51,753 nucleotides of DNA from a virus (Duplodnaviria > Caudoviricetes), in IMG/VR virus record IMGVR_UViG_3300009095_000018, positions 1-51,753 of that record; one strand, given 5' to 3'. The notes below the pieces were generated by a model. The model saw only the letters and a list, made by a program, of their open reading frames with translations, searched no databases and was not told the origin of the DNA. Positions 26,384 through 36,455 of the stretch are shown here, in pieces. Position numbers and translations under genes: made by a program. The number at the start of each line of letters is the position of its first letter. The first letter of the stretch is position 1.

Positions 26384-26749
26384 TTACTCGTTGGTGTCAT
26401 TTTCGATCTTGAGAATCGCCACGGGTTTGTTGACGAAGCTCAAAGGAGACTCGTGATGGAGTTGAATAGACGCCATCTGGTCGCCGTCGAGCTTGATCGT
26501 CCCGTCATAGGCGACCGAACTGTTGTTGTACGAGACTGTCGAGACCCCCACGAGGAGACCTACGAAGGCGTTGACTGCCGCGATTGTACCGACGACTTCC
26601 TCTGCATTCGGGAAGCCCCAGAGCTGGGAGAGCGTGAAATATAGCGTGCCTACTGCCGGTAGTACGATCGTGGCCGTGTACTTGAGTACGCCGTAGGTCT
26701 TATCCCCCAGAAGGGGCCTCTTACTCTTGGCGTGTGACGACTCGTACAT
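26384..26749 (-). CDS. holin (Dp-1-like)
   Basis: KTYGVLKY...VLPAVGTLYFTLSQLWGFP..EEVVGTIAAV..F.G.L.GVS...YN; two TM helices. Confidence 0.75.
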   Translation of the reverse strand: MYESSHAKSKRPLLGDKTYGVLKYTATIVLPAVGTLYFTLSQLWGFPNAEEVVGTIAAVNAFVGLLVGVSTVSYNNSSVAYDGTIKLDGDQMASIQLHHESPLSFVNKPVAILKIENDTNE

Positions 26750-27104
26750 GATTGATCGCTCCCTCGTTTGGGTCTTGGAATATCTCGTTGTGTCGATTCT
26801 GTTTGAACGGGAGCAAAGCGACCCCGTTCATGACGCGCTCGGCTAGACCATTCCCGCCGAGTTCCTTGTAGGGCTCGTAGAAGAGACGAAGCTCTTCGTA
26901 CTCATCCTTGGTGACGAATCCCTGCTCGATATACGCAATACCCAGCGTCGTGATCATGTTGTAGGCGACCCCCATCATCAGACGTGCGGTAGCGTTTTTC
27001 ACACGGTCCTTGCGCTGAAGCCTGAACTGCAAATAAGCCCAGAAGCCCGATGAAGCGCCAAGTGTTACGAGGGAAGTCAGGACCAATTGCAGCCATGTCT
27101 CCAT
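26721..27104 (-). CDS. membrane protein, holin-associated
   Basis: N-terminal TM helix; YI..G.VT.DEYE...LY.PY..LGGNG pattern common beside holins. Confidence 0.65.
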   Translation of the reverse strand: METWLQLVLTSLVTLGASSGFWAYLQFRLQRKDRVKNATARLMMGVAYNMITTLGIAYIEQGFVTKDEYEELRLFYEPYKELGGNGLAERVMNGVALLPFKQNRHNEIFQDPNEGAINHVRVVTRQE

Positions 27105-27133
27105 ACGAACCCTCCCCTAAATATCCCGCTGTG

Positions 27134-28120
27134 TTATGTCGTTCTCTTCCAGACCCCTACGCTTTTACCCCATGGTTCGGCGATTTTCCAAATACCGCCG
27201 ACGTTCACGTAGGGGACTGCAAGTTTCCATACTGAACCTACCTTTACATAGGCTCCGGCAATGGTTCTGATGCTGCTGGGCCCAGACCAAGCACTCCATC
27301 CAACCGAATTTTTCGCCCTCGTTCGGAAGTAATATAGAGTTCCCGGAGTTAGACCTGTAACCGTTTGGGGTGACTTGGCGGATACGGTGGTTGTCGGAGA
27401 TCCGGTCGAGCTAGTGGAATATCCGATCTCATAACCCGTGATGGTAGATCCACCAGTACCGTTCGCAGTGAATGCTACGTCTACGCTGTTCATTCGAACT
27501 GCAGCCAATAGCGGTACAGTCGGGGGATCTGGGGGTTTTAGCGTTTTCGCGGTTGCCCGACCTGACCATGAACTCCAACCCAGGGAGTTGTGGGTTCTAG
27601 CCCAGAAGTAATATGTCGTTCCTTGCGTCAGACCCGTGATAGTCGTGGATCGGTCTGAACTTACGTACTTCTGGGGGGAGGTCGAACTAGTCCCGTAACC
27701 GATCTGCCTAGAGTCGATCGCATCACCGCCATTGGAGCCGTCTGAAAATGTTGCATATACGGACGTCGCGGTGATGTTGGATATGGACGGAGTACTCGGC
27801 TTTGCTGGAACGGTGTCCCGTGCGATCGCCTGACTGAAAGTCGTCGGGCCGCCGATACCTGTAGCACTGGAGCCTTCAAGTAGACGGAACGTTACCGTTT
27901 GAGACTTGGTAACCCTTACTTCCCCGACTTTGTACCAGTTGGCCCCAGTCGGGTAGTTGATCGTCTTGTAGGTGGTCTTCCCGTTTGCGGTCCAGTTGAA
28001 CGGCATACCGTTCCACCAGTCGCTGGAATATCCTGCTTTGAACCAGAACTCGACATCCGATCCAGTATCCCGGATCATCATCGTTCCGGTGAGACCGGTT
28101 GTCTTCTTGTAGTCGACCAT
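27134..28120 (-). CDS. fibronectin type III repeat minor tail protein
   Basis: Two FN3 repeats (P..P....T.TS..., TGLTQGTTYYFWAR.HN..GWSSWS; TGLTPGTLYYFR.RAKN.VGWSAWS). Confidence 0.8.
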   Translation of the reverse strand: MVDYKKTTGLTGTMMIRDTGSDVEFWFKAGYSSDWWNGMPFNWTANGKTTYKTINYPTGANWYKVGEVRVTKSQTVTFRLLEGSSATGIGGPTTFSQAIARDTVPAKPSTPSISNITATSVYATFSDGSNGGDAIDSRQIGYGTSSTSPQKYVSSDRSTTITGLTQGTTYYFWARTHNSLGWSSWSGRATAKTLKPPDPPTVPLLAAVRMNSVDVAFTANGTGGSTITGYEIGYSTSSTGSPTTTVSAKSPQTVTGLTPGTLYYFRTRAKNSVGWSAWSGPSSIRTIAGAYVKVGSVWKLAVPYVNVGGIWKIAEPWGKSVGVWKRTT

Positions 28121-28128
28121 ATGCGCCG

Positions 28129-28368
28129 CTAGCTTATGATCTTGAAGTAAATATCGCCGTCATTGCCGCCGGTCGGGTCACCGGTCCCAGACGTGATGCC
28201 TGCTGCGGTTCGGTAGCCCGCTTTTCCTGTAGGGATGAGGGACTTTACCGCAGCGATGAGATCTCGAGTCCTGTTGATCTCCCTTGCCCCCCAGCGAACC
28301 CGGCCTTCTTCTCCGGTTTCCGGGACCAATGGGTATCCGGCAGCTTGCGCTGCGTCTCCGACAGCCAT
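28129..28368 (-). CDS. small tail-associated protein (79 aa)
   Basis: ITSGTGDPTGGNDGDIYFK fibre-type motif; position. Confidence 0.65.
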   Translation of the reverse strand: MAVGDAAQAAGYPLVPETGEEGRVRWGAREINRTRDLIAAVKSLIPTGKAGYRTAAGITSGTGDPTGGNDGDIYFKIIS

Positions 28369-28395
28369 ACCTAACCTCCCTTACTCTTGAAAATA

Positions 28396-29571
28396 TCAGG
28401 GCTGCTCAGACCAAGTCGACCCATCTTCATTGAGGTCATACCAGGTCTTGTTGTTCATCCAAGACAGCCACGAGCCGGTATTGATGAAGGTGTTGAGCGT
28501 CAACGTAGGATATGAACGTTCGCCTTCTTGATCGGAGACGAAGATCTGTTCGGTAATCCGCATGTTGTTTGTCACGCCGTCAGTATTGCGCATCTCGACA
28601 ATATCGCCGAGGTTGTAATGCGTGCCGTACTTGTACTGACTGAACTGGCTGATCTCCCCATCAAGGCTCTGAATTGCCTGATTCTTGGAGAGTTCTTCTT
28701 TCCCTCTTTGGATCAGTGCAGAAGCAATATCCGGGTTCTCAGCCGTAATATCGCTGGCGTTCACCACCAAGATCCTACGTTCGAAACCCTCGACTTCAGG
28801 ATCGACGCCCACTGGATAAACCTTCTGAAAACCAGCAGGAGAATATACATAGGCTACGTTCTTGGCCGTTTCAATCGTGGTGAGCTCCTTGACGTTCTGC
28901 AAATTGTCGAGCTCAGGAGTGAATACGACCGGAGGGAGAACTGTTTGTGACGTAGTTCTGTCGCTCCCGGTGTAAATATCGAAGTAGAGCTTAGAGGTGT
29001 CGTAGTACCGCAGCATGCGGAACCCGAGATTCCAAACGTCCCCGATACTCTTGATCGCATTGTAAACTGTCGTGGGTTCCAACTCCACTGTGATGGGATC
29101 TATGGGTTCGGGGATTGTGTCCTCGGGCATGAAAGTCCCTTCGATGATGAAGGGGATAATATCGCCCGGGTCCAGGATTCCCGTGACACAAATATCGTGG
29201 AAGATCTTACGGGCAACATCTGCGGGAGGACCGGTGATCACCCATTTCGGCGACGTTGTCAGATCAGAGAGGGAATCCTTGGCTATTCGGTCTTCGAGGA
29301 TGCTCTCGATAGAACGACCCTTTACCGAGAGCATTTTACGCCCCTCGGAATCTACAGAATCCTCCACGGTTTCTACCGTCATGACTCGATGGGACTCGTT
29401 CATAGCGAGCAGCATTCCAGTTTTCAGGAGAGTTCGACTGTCGTTCGTCGACTGAATATCCAACTGGAAGTCGCCATAAGCCTGGTACCTCTCGGTCCAG
29501 ATAAGAGATTCGAACCGATCGATGACTTCCTGCCGACGGAGGAGAGGATCAAGGGTATAAACCTCCATCAC
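28396..29571 (-). CDS. minor tail protein (Tal/hub, Gp37-like)
   Basis: IDRFESLIWTERY...GDFQL, YKYGTHYNLGDIV; position after Dit. Confidence 0.75.
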   Translation of the reverse strand: MMEVYTLDPLLRRQEVIDRFESLIWTERYQAYGDFQLDIQSTNDSRTLLKTGMLLAMNESHRVMTVETVEDSVDSEGRKMLSVKGRSIESILEDRIAKDSLSDLTTSPKWVITGPPADVARKIFHDICVTGILDPGDIIPFIIEGTFMPEDTIPEPIDPITVELEPTTVYNAIKSIGDVWNLGFRMLRYYDTSKLYFDIYTGSDRTTSQTVLPPVVFTPELDNLQNVKELTTIETAKNVAYVYSPAGFQKVYPVGVDPEVEGFERRILVVNASDITAENPDIASALIQRGKEELSKNQAIQSLDGEISQFSQYKYGTHYNLGDIVEMRNTDGVTNNMRITEQIFVSDQEGERSYPTLTLNTFINTGSWLSWMNNKTWYDLNEDGSTWSEQP

Positions 29572-30392
29572 AGACCTCCGTACCTGTTCACGTATTGAAC
29601 GTCAACTGGAATAGCCGCCCCGGTTGCGTAAATACGAATACCATTGGTCCCCCTCTTTAGCTCAATCCATTTGGATTGCGGAGATATCCCGTAGAGGACT
29701 GAGCTGATGGTTCCGCCTCGGTTCAGGGTTGCCCCCTTGTCGCCTTGTACGGTACTAATTGTCAGCACGTCTCCGGCGATCAAGGGGGCGTTGTCGAACG
29801 TGAGTGTTTGAGTTTCGCCGCTGGGGATGCGGTGGTAAACCGTCAACTCGTCGACGTCCCGGTCTACGGTAAGGGTAATGACGACCCCAGTTTCGACAGT
29901 TCCGAGGTAATCGAAATATGTCTCGACAGTATCGGTTGTCAGTAGACCGGGAATGGACTCCGAGGTGAGCTCGTAGAAGTCGGGCTGAAAGCACATGATG
30001 GAAATATCCATCGTCGGCTCCTGCGCGAAGTGATCCGGGTCGCAAGTCTCTACGACGCCGGGAATCTCGACTACGAGCCCATCCTCGAGGAACCACTGCA
30101 TGGCGATCCGGGCCTTTGGCATGAAAAAATCATAGAGCTTATTTCTCAGGCTTCGGACCGTTTCGATCGCTGGATCAGGGTCGAGTTCCAGCTTGAATTT
30201 GATGTTTCGGGCTTCGCGTTGACTCGACTGGTATTGCTTTCCGTCGATACCGGCAAAACTCGACGACACCAAAGTCGCCTTGACAGGACCTAGCCCATCA
30301 ATATCGGCCACAATGAACCCCGAAGAGGAGTCCGAAAGGACCAGCTTGAACAGGTCGCCCTGAACATTACGAACCTCGACCCTTTCCAGCAT
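29568..30392 (-). CDS. distal tail protein (Dit)
   Basis: Immediately downstream of tape measure; DGLGP..., RNI, C..P.F, W..L..G.N. Confidence 0.75.
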   Translation of the reverse strand: MLERVEVRNVQGDLFKLVLSDSSSGFIVADIDGLGPVKATLVSSSFAGIDGKQYQSSQREARNIKFKLELDPDPAIETVRSLRNKLYDFFMPKARIAMQWFLEDGLVVEIPGVVETCDPDHFAQEPTMDISIMCFQPDFYELTSESIPGLLTTDTVETYFDYLGTVETGVVITLTVDRDVDELTVYHRIPSGETQTLTFDNAPLIAGDVLTISTVQGDKGATLNRGGTISSVLYGISPQSKWIELKRGTNGIRIYATGAAIPVDVQYVNRYGGL

Positions 30393-33300
30393 TACGTCAG
30401 AGCTCCCTTCGTTGTTGACAGTTGGTTCTTAGTCTGACGGTAGATTTCCGCCGCAGACAGAGCCTTCGGCGAATAGTTGTTCTGGATGTAAGAGAAGGAA
30501 TTAGCAGGAACCCCCTCAGACTGATCGGAAATAAGAGCCTGCCTAGACGCGTAAGACGAAGCGACGTACTTAGCCTTAGCGTACGAAGAATCGGTGGATA
30601 TCGATCCCTGGCTGAGCAGGCCCCCTATCTGGTTGGAATTTCTCCGAATGTTGGAAAGATCCAGAACCGGAGTGATGACGGGTTGGGCGTCTACGTCCTG
30701 CGCGATGAGATCGGAGAATCCGGAAATAGTCTTCCGAAGAGAGTCGACGGCAGCCAGACCGGTACGTGCGGCAGACCGTTCGACCATTCCAGACATTTCG
30801 TCAAGGCCCTTGATAAGACCCTGCGCGGAATATCCGCCAACCTCCATAAACGCCCTGGACGGAGACTTGATCCCCAACTTCTTCTTGATCGACTTGACCA
30901 TCGTCGAAGCAATGGCGTCCATCTGCTTCTCGAGCGCCTTCTGCTGGGACTTGAGTCCGTTCAGAAGACCCTTGGCCGAGTCCACGCCCGCTTGATATAG
31001 CGCGTCCGAACCCGTCTTGCCAATATGAGCGCCTACGACATCGAGATCCTTACCGAGGTTGTTGACCTCGTTGATGCCTTCGATACCCTTGTCTAGAAGC
31101 TCGTTGATGAACGGCAGAGCACTGGGTCCCTGCTCCAACAGGTCCTTGTATAGTTCGTCATTGAGACCAAACCCACGAAGCCTCTGAAGCGCATTCGAGA
31201 ACAACTTTGCGTCCTCGATCTGCTTCTTGAGGCTCTCGACGTAACTCGCGTATGTCGTCTCCTTGGTGGGTGACGAAATATCGGAGTACTTGTCAGTGAT
31301 CTGCTTCCTATAGTCATCTCTCGTTTTGATGGCTGCCTTATAGGCATCGTCAGCAGCCTTGATCTTGTCTGTTAGAACGTCATACTGGTTGGCGAGCTTC
31401 CCCAGTGTCGAGCGTTCATCGGTGAGCTTCTTGGTAAGCTCGGAATATGCTGCGGCGGCCTTTCTACGCTCTGAAGAGGACGCTTTGGAGCTCTTAGAGA
31501 GGTCCTTCAGCATCTTCTTCAGGTCGTTGAAGGCGTCGTAGATTTGTTTCTTGTTTCCGTCCAGACCCTTTCTGAAACCGTCGTTGACGTAGTTACCGAC
31601 CTTCTCGAACTCCTTCGAGGGTGAGTGGATTCCAAGGAAATTCTTCGCTGAGTCGAGAGCGGACTTTGCCACATTCATGGCTGCGTTCTTGATCTCGCCC
31701 AGGCCGTTACCGATACCCTTTACCATACCCTTGATGATCGCAACGGCGAGCTTTCCGCCCTCACGACCGAGCTCTCCAGAGTTGGCATCAACAGCCTTAC
31801 GGACTCCCTTGATGACGTCGATCACCATATCGAAACCGGCATCAACGATCTTGGGTACATGCTTGCCCAGGGCCTTGAGGAACTCGGTGATTACTCGAGA
31901 CGCAGCCTCAACCATCTTGTCGACATTGTTAGCAATACCGTTGAGAATTCCCGTAATGAGCTTGAGACCGGCGTCCACCATCTTCGGAACGTACTCTTTG
32001 AGCTTCCGGAGAAGCGTCAATAGCAGTTTGAGCAGGGCGTCGACGATCTTGGGCGTAACCTGGACCACTGCGGATATGAGAGCTTCGAGTACCGTCACAA
32101 GGGCCTTGGTAATCGAAGGTCCTGCTGTGGCGATGACTTCGGCGAAGGCGATGAGACCCAAGCCGATCTGTTTCATAACCTCGGGGATGAGGCCAATCAG
32201 ACCCGCCACGATTCCGATGATCATAGCTGTCGCAGCGGAACCGGCCGCAGCCAGAGCCGTGAGACCGGCAGCAAACAGGAATACGCCTGCTCCAGCAGCC
32301 AACAGACCGACGCCCAATAGAGCGATGCCGACGCCCAGGCCGATGATGGCCGGAACGACCGGGGCCAGGATCAAACCAGCCAGACCGATGACCACAAGGG
32401 CACCGGCGAGCATGACAAGACCCTTTCCGATCTCTTCCCATGTCATCTCCCCGAACGCGACGAGAACCGGGTGGAGAACCCACAGCGCAGCCGACACGAC
32501 CAATAGTGCTGCTGCACCAGGAAGCGTCCCGGGCATTAGCAGGAGGGCCCCGGCGATGATCCCGAGGGTTCCCGCCAACAGGACCATGGACTTGGCAATC
32601 TCTTCCCAAGAGAACTCTGACATTTTGACGAGAACGTCGGTAACCCGCTGAAGAGCAAGCGCTGTGATCATCAGAGCTGCTGCAGCAAGCGGGGCGGTCG
32701 GCGGGATAATATAAAGAGCCGCTGACATGATGGCGAGAGAACCCGCCATTGCCGTCAAACCCTTAGCAATCTCTCCCCAAGACATGGTGCCCATCTTCTT
32801 GAGCACATCGGCGACCTCGCCCATCGAAAGAGCCACCAGAAGGACAGCGGCTCCCGCAAGAGGAGCAGTCGGCGGGATGAGCTTGAGGGCTCCGGAAATG
32901 AGAATGAGACCGCCGGAGAGGGCAGCAAGCCCCTTACCAATATCCTCCCAGGACATTTTCGAGAAGTCCTTGACCGCACTGGCGAGGATCTTGATCCCTG
33001 CCGCCAGCAAGATAATTCCGACACCCTGAGCGATGCCGCCCTTGTTAACCTTGGCGAACCTCGTGAAAAGCGCCAACGACCCAAGCAGCGTCCCAACGCC
33101 AACAAGACCCTTGCCCAGTTCATTCCAGTCGAGTTTGGCCAGGTCCTTGACCGCGCTCACCAGGATCTTGATCGCACCTGCGAGAATAACCAGACCGATG
33201 CCCGTGGAGATCATGCCCTTTGGATTCGGCATCAGTTTGAGCGATCCGACGACCAGTCCGAGGGTCACGGCAAGACCTGTGAGACCCTTTGCCAGCTCAT

Positions 33301-35776
33301 TCCAGTCCAACTCCGACAGTTCTTGTACGGCCTTGGAGAGAATAAGAACGGCTGCGGCCAACAGGATCAGAGACCCCATCACGAATGGCAGCTTGGCGAA
33401 CCCTCCATAGCCGATGACCTTTGTAAATATGGCCATGGAGCCTAGAAGCTGTCCGAACAGTACTGCCATGGCGGCGCTAGCTCTTGTCAGACCTTCTGCA
33501 TCGATCTTTGAAAGCATGTTCATCGACACTGCAAGAACGCCGACAGCCAGTGCGATCTGGAGAAGCGTAGCCGCCTTCAGAGTGTTCTGCATGGTTCCGA
33601 AGACGCCGGTCATGTCCTCGACGGCATCGGATATAGTTTCTAGAATTCCGCCGATCCCGCCTCCCCCAAATCCCCCAAGGAACTTGGATATGACGAGGAA
33701 CAGGCCCGTAAGAGCACCCGTGTTGATCCCCGCCAGGACGTTCTCGAAGTTGAGCCCATCGAACAGCGTTCCGCTCTCGATCCCGATGGATTTGAAGACC
33801 TGAGATATCTTGTCCCCGATCTCCTTGAAGAAGTCAGCCACCTTCTTCATGACCGTGAGCGTTTTCTCCCAGGCGGTCGATACCACCTCGCCCAGCCGAC
33901 CAAGCGGTTCGAGCTTCGAGGACATCTTCTCAATGCTCTTCTCGGCGCCCTTGGAGTCAGCGTCTTTGAATAGCGATCCCAAAAATCCGGCAAGCTTCTG
34001 GATGAGCTGGATCGGAACCTTGAGGACCGTACCGAGACCCTTGAAGAAGTTCTCTAGCCCCCTACCCTCCTTGATCCCCTTACGAAGAGCGACCAGAAAA
34101 TCGCCGATCTTGGCGGTGAAATTGAGGAATCCACCAGAACCCTTGGCGACCTGTCCCGCGAGATCAAATATAACGCCAACAACACCCTTGACGACGTCGA
34201 ACACAATCCCGAAGACCGCGAACACGCCAGCAAAGGTTCGCCTCAGTTTCTCTGCTGTATCGCTACCAATCTTGAGCTTCTCGGTGAAATCCCGGAAGTT
34301 CTTGGTCATCTCGGCAAGCTGCTTGCCGGTGGTGGCTGGGAATATCTGTCGGAAGGCATCCTTGATAGGGGTGACTACCGACGCGAAACCCTTCACCGCA
34401 TTGGTGATACCCTGGATCAGATCGTCTCGACCGCCGAGAGCCTTCCAGTCCTTGAGCATCTTGTTTCGTGCGTCGGAGGACTTCTGGAGCAGCCCGCCAA
34501 CCGAGTCGCTGATGCTGGTGAACAGACCCTTGGCTTCTTTGAAGTCACCAAATATGGTCTGCCATGTCTGGGCCCATCCAGATCCGAGCTGTTCCTTGAA
34601 CGTCGAGAAGAGCTGGGTTGCGGTCTTCACCTCGGTGGCCGCACTCTTCGCCATCCTGGCCTGTTCTTGAATGGCCTTGATCTGAGCCTTGCTGAATCCT
34701 TCTGCGGCAAGTTCAGCATCCGTAAGATCGCCCGTGAATTGGGACAGAGTCTTGGTCAGGACGTCAGATGTGAGCCATGATGGACCGTTGACGGATGAAA
34801 TTGAGTTCCGAAACGATTCGCCATTGATGGTGACGTTTTTCATGTCACCTGACAATTTGACGGCGCCGTCGTCCAACTCGCCCATTGTCACTGCAGTTTG
34901 AGCCAGAGCACGCTGAAAGACCGTACCGCCCATTCCCGCATTGACTACGGAGTTCCAGTCTTCGAGAGAGACCGTACCTGACGAAATGGCCTGCGAGAGC
35001 TGGTACATAGCACCGGCCGCTTGCTCCGAGTTCGAGCCCGAAAGTGCCGCCAGGTTGGCGATACCCTTAATCGCAGAGGTTGCGGGCTTCAGACCAACAC
35101 CAGCAGCCGTAAAGGTACCGATGTTCTTCGCCATTTCGGAGAAGTTGTAGATGGTCTGGTCGGAGTAGTGGTTGAGTTCATCCAGAGTTGCAGTGACATC
35201 CTCGAGGGTTGTACCCGCAGCCTGCGTGTTGGCTAGGATGGTCTGGATCGAGTTCATGTTCGTCTCGTACTCACGGAAACCATCCATGATCGGAGCAAAC
35301 GTGAATGAGTTTAGCATCTGCGTAGCGGCCTGCTGAGCCCTTGCGCCAATGCTGAGAAGAGCACCCTGAGCTACAGTGGCCAACGCCGAGAACCGCTGGG
35401 CTACGCTCTGGACCCCATTCTCGAGGTTCTTCAGTGAGCCCTTCTGCTTGTCCGCCTCATCGGTGCTCTGTTTCAGCTTGGTGTAGAACTCGCCAACCTT
35501 CTGACCGCCTTCGGAAACTTTCTCCCCGAAATTTTTCGCAGCGGCGGATACTGACTCGATTCCTGTAGAAAATCGATCGAGAAAAGATCGGTTGGTTGCC
35601 ATGTTCTGGGCGAAGCCCTGGCTGGCCTGTGCTACCCCCGCGAGGCCCTTCTGCGCCCCCTGGAGCTGGAGGCTCTTGTTGAGGGCTTCGAGGGAGCGGA
35701 TCGTCTGCTGAACACCCTGTTGGAACTCGGCGCTCTGGAACTTCATCTGAACGACGCGTTCGTCGATAGCGGTCAT
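30392..35776 (-). CDS. tape measure protein (1794 aa from MTAIDERVV)
   Basis: Long Ala/Gly-rich helical protein; tape-measure N-domain (LNHYSDQTIYNF.EM..NIG.FTAAG); W-spaced repeats; LGIHSPS motif. Confidence 0.92.
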   Translation of the reverse strand: MTAIDERVVQMKFQSAEFQQGVQQTIRSLEALNKSLQLQGAQKGLAGVAQASQGFAQNMATNRSFLDRFSTGIESVSAAAKNFGEKVSEGGQKVGEFYTKLKQSTDEADKQKGSLKNLENGVQSVAQRFSALATVAQGALLSIGARAQQAATQMLNSFTFAPIMDGFREYETNMNSIQTILANTQAAGTTLEDVTATLDELNHYSDQTIYNFSEMAKNIGTFTAAGVGLKPATSAIKGIANLAALSGSNSEQAAGAMYQLSQAISSGTVSLEDWNSVVNAGMGGTVFQRALAQTAVTMGELDDGAVKLSGDMKNVTINGESFRNSISSVNGPSWLTSDVLTKTLSQFTGDLTDAELAAEGFSKAQIKAIQEQARMAKSAATEVKTATQLFSTFKEQLGSGWAQTWQTIFGDFKEAKGLFTSISDSVGGLLQKSSDARNKMLKDWKALGGRDDLIQGITNAVKGFASVVTPIKDAFRQIFPATTGKQLAEMTKNFRDFTEKLKIGSDTAEKLRRTFAGVFAVFGIVFDVVKGVVGVIFDLAGQVAKGSGGFLNFTAKIGDFLVALRKGIKEGRGLENFFKGLGTVLKVPIQLIQKLAGFLGSLFKDADSKGAEKSIEKMSSKLEPLGRLGEVVSTAWEKTLTVMKKVADFFKEIGDKISQVFKSIGIESGTLFDGLNFENVLAGINTGALTGLFLVISKFLGGFGGGGIGGILETISDAVEDMTGVFGTMQNTLKAATLLQIALAVGVLAVSMNMLSKIDAEGLTRASAAMAVLFGQLLGSMAIFTKVIGYGGFAKLPFVMGSLILLAAAVLILSKAVQELSELDWNELAKGLTGLAVTLGLVVGSLKLMPNPKGMISTGIGLVILAGAIKILVSAVKDLAKLDWNELGKGLVGVGTLLGSLALFTRFAKVNKGGIAQGVGIILLAAGIKILASAVKDFSKMSWEDIGKGLAALSGGLILISGALKLIPPTAPLAGAAVLLVALSMGEVADVLKKMGTMSWGEIAKGLTAMAGSLAIMSAALYIIPPTAPLAAAALMITALALQRVTDVLVKMSEFSWEEIAKSMVLLAGTLGIIAGALLLMPGTLPGAAALLVVSAALWVLHPVLVAFGEMTWEEIGKGLVMLAGALVVIGLAGLILAPVVPAIIGLGVGIALLGVGLLAAGAGVFLFAAGLTALAAAGSAATAMIIGIVAGLIGLIPEVMKQIGLGLIAFAEVIATAGPSITKALVTVLEALISAVVQVTPKIVDALLKLLLTLLRKLKEYVPKMVDAGLKLITGILNGIANNVDKMVEAASRVITEFLKALGKHVPKIVDAGFDMVIDVIKGVRKAVDANSGELGREGGKLAVAIIKGMVKGIGNGLGEIKNAAMNVAKSALDSAKNFLGIHSPSKEFEKVGNYVNDGFRKGLDGNKKQIYDAFNDLKKMLKDLSKSSKASSSERRKAAAAYSELTKKLTDERSTLGKLANQYDVLTDKIKAADDAYKAAIKTRDDYRKQITDKYSDISSPTKETTYASYVESLKKQIEDAKLFSNALQRLRGFGLNDELYKDLLEQGPSALPFINELLDKGIEGINEVNNLGKDLDVVGAHIGKTGSDALYQAGVDSAKGLLNGLKSQQKALEKQMDAIASTMVKSIKKKLGIKSPSRAFMEVGGYSAQGLIKGLDEMSGMVERSAARTGLAAVDSLRKTISGFSDLIAQDVDAQPVITPVLDLSNIRRNSNQIGGLLSQGSISTDSSYAKAKYVASSYASRQALISDQSEGVPANSFSYIQNNYSPKALSAAEIYRQTKNQLSTTKGALT

Positions 35777-36150
35777 GCGGATGTCACCGCCTTCCATACC
35801 TGATCTGCGATGTTTTCAAATATAGGTTTCATCGCGGGGTTGATGTAGTCTGTTCCCTGTACGTAGCCGCCAGTACCGGTTCCATACCCGTACTGAAGCA
35901 TGATTGCTACGGGGAAGCCGTTCTCAATATCTTTGTTGGTCCAAGTTATCGCGACCGACTTCCCGTTACGCTCGATCGTGTAACCCCAAGAATCCGAGGC
36001 CAAACCGGAATCTTTAGGTATCGCAGCCCTGAGAGCGGAGACGCCTTTTTGCGCCTCCCCCTCAAGTGACCGGTAAATATCCTCGTTCTTGAGCCTACGG
36101 AGGAAGTCTTCCGTTCGTCTACCCGAACGAGCGGATACGAACGAAATCAT
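35773..36150 (-). CDS. HK97 gp10-like tail completion/neck protein
   Basis: P.DSG....SW, A..LQYG.GT..GGYV.G.DYINPA. Confidence 0.7.
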   Translation of the reverse strand: MISFVSARSGRRTEDFLRRLKNEDIYRSLEGEAQKGVSALRAAIPKDSGLASDSWGYTIERNGKSVAITWTNKDIENGFPVAIMLQYGYGTGTGGYVQGTDYINPAMKPIFENIADQVWKAVTSA

Positions 36151-36165
36151 GATGACTCCTCCTAT

Positions 36166-36444
36166 CTACTCCAGACCGGTAAGCTTCCGCCCGGCGTTGA
36201 ACGCGTTCTCGTTGGCGTTCCGGACTGCTGCAAAGGTCTCAAAAAAGAACCGGAGTGCGTATGCCTCGTCCGCGTCGTAGCCGAATGGGTCGGCCATTAG
36301 AGGATCGTTACCCGCATCAACCGGATGGTTTCCGAGCCATACCGCGATGGTCTCGACGTCCTCGAGGGACTCTCGAAGTCTGAGAACGGCTCGAGCCGCC
36401 TTCACGTCCAGAGTCTGCTTATCCACTGCGAGGCCAATGGCCAT
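36166..36444 (-). CDS. hypothetical protein (92 aa)
   Basis: AAGGAG RBS; lies in the tail operon. Confidence 0.7.
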   Translation of the reverse strand: MAIGLAVDKQTLDVKAARAVLRLRESLEDVETIAVWLGNHPVDAGNDPLMADPFGYDADEAYALRFFFETFAAVRNANENAFNAGRKLTGLE

Positions 36445-36455
36445 TTAATTACTCC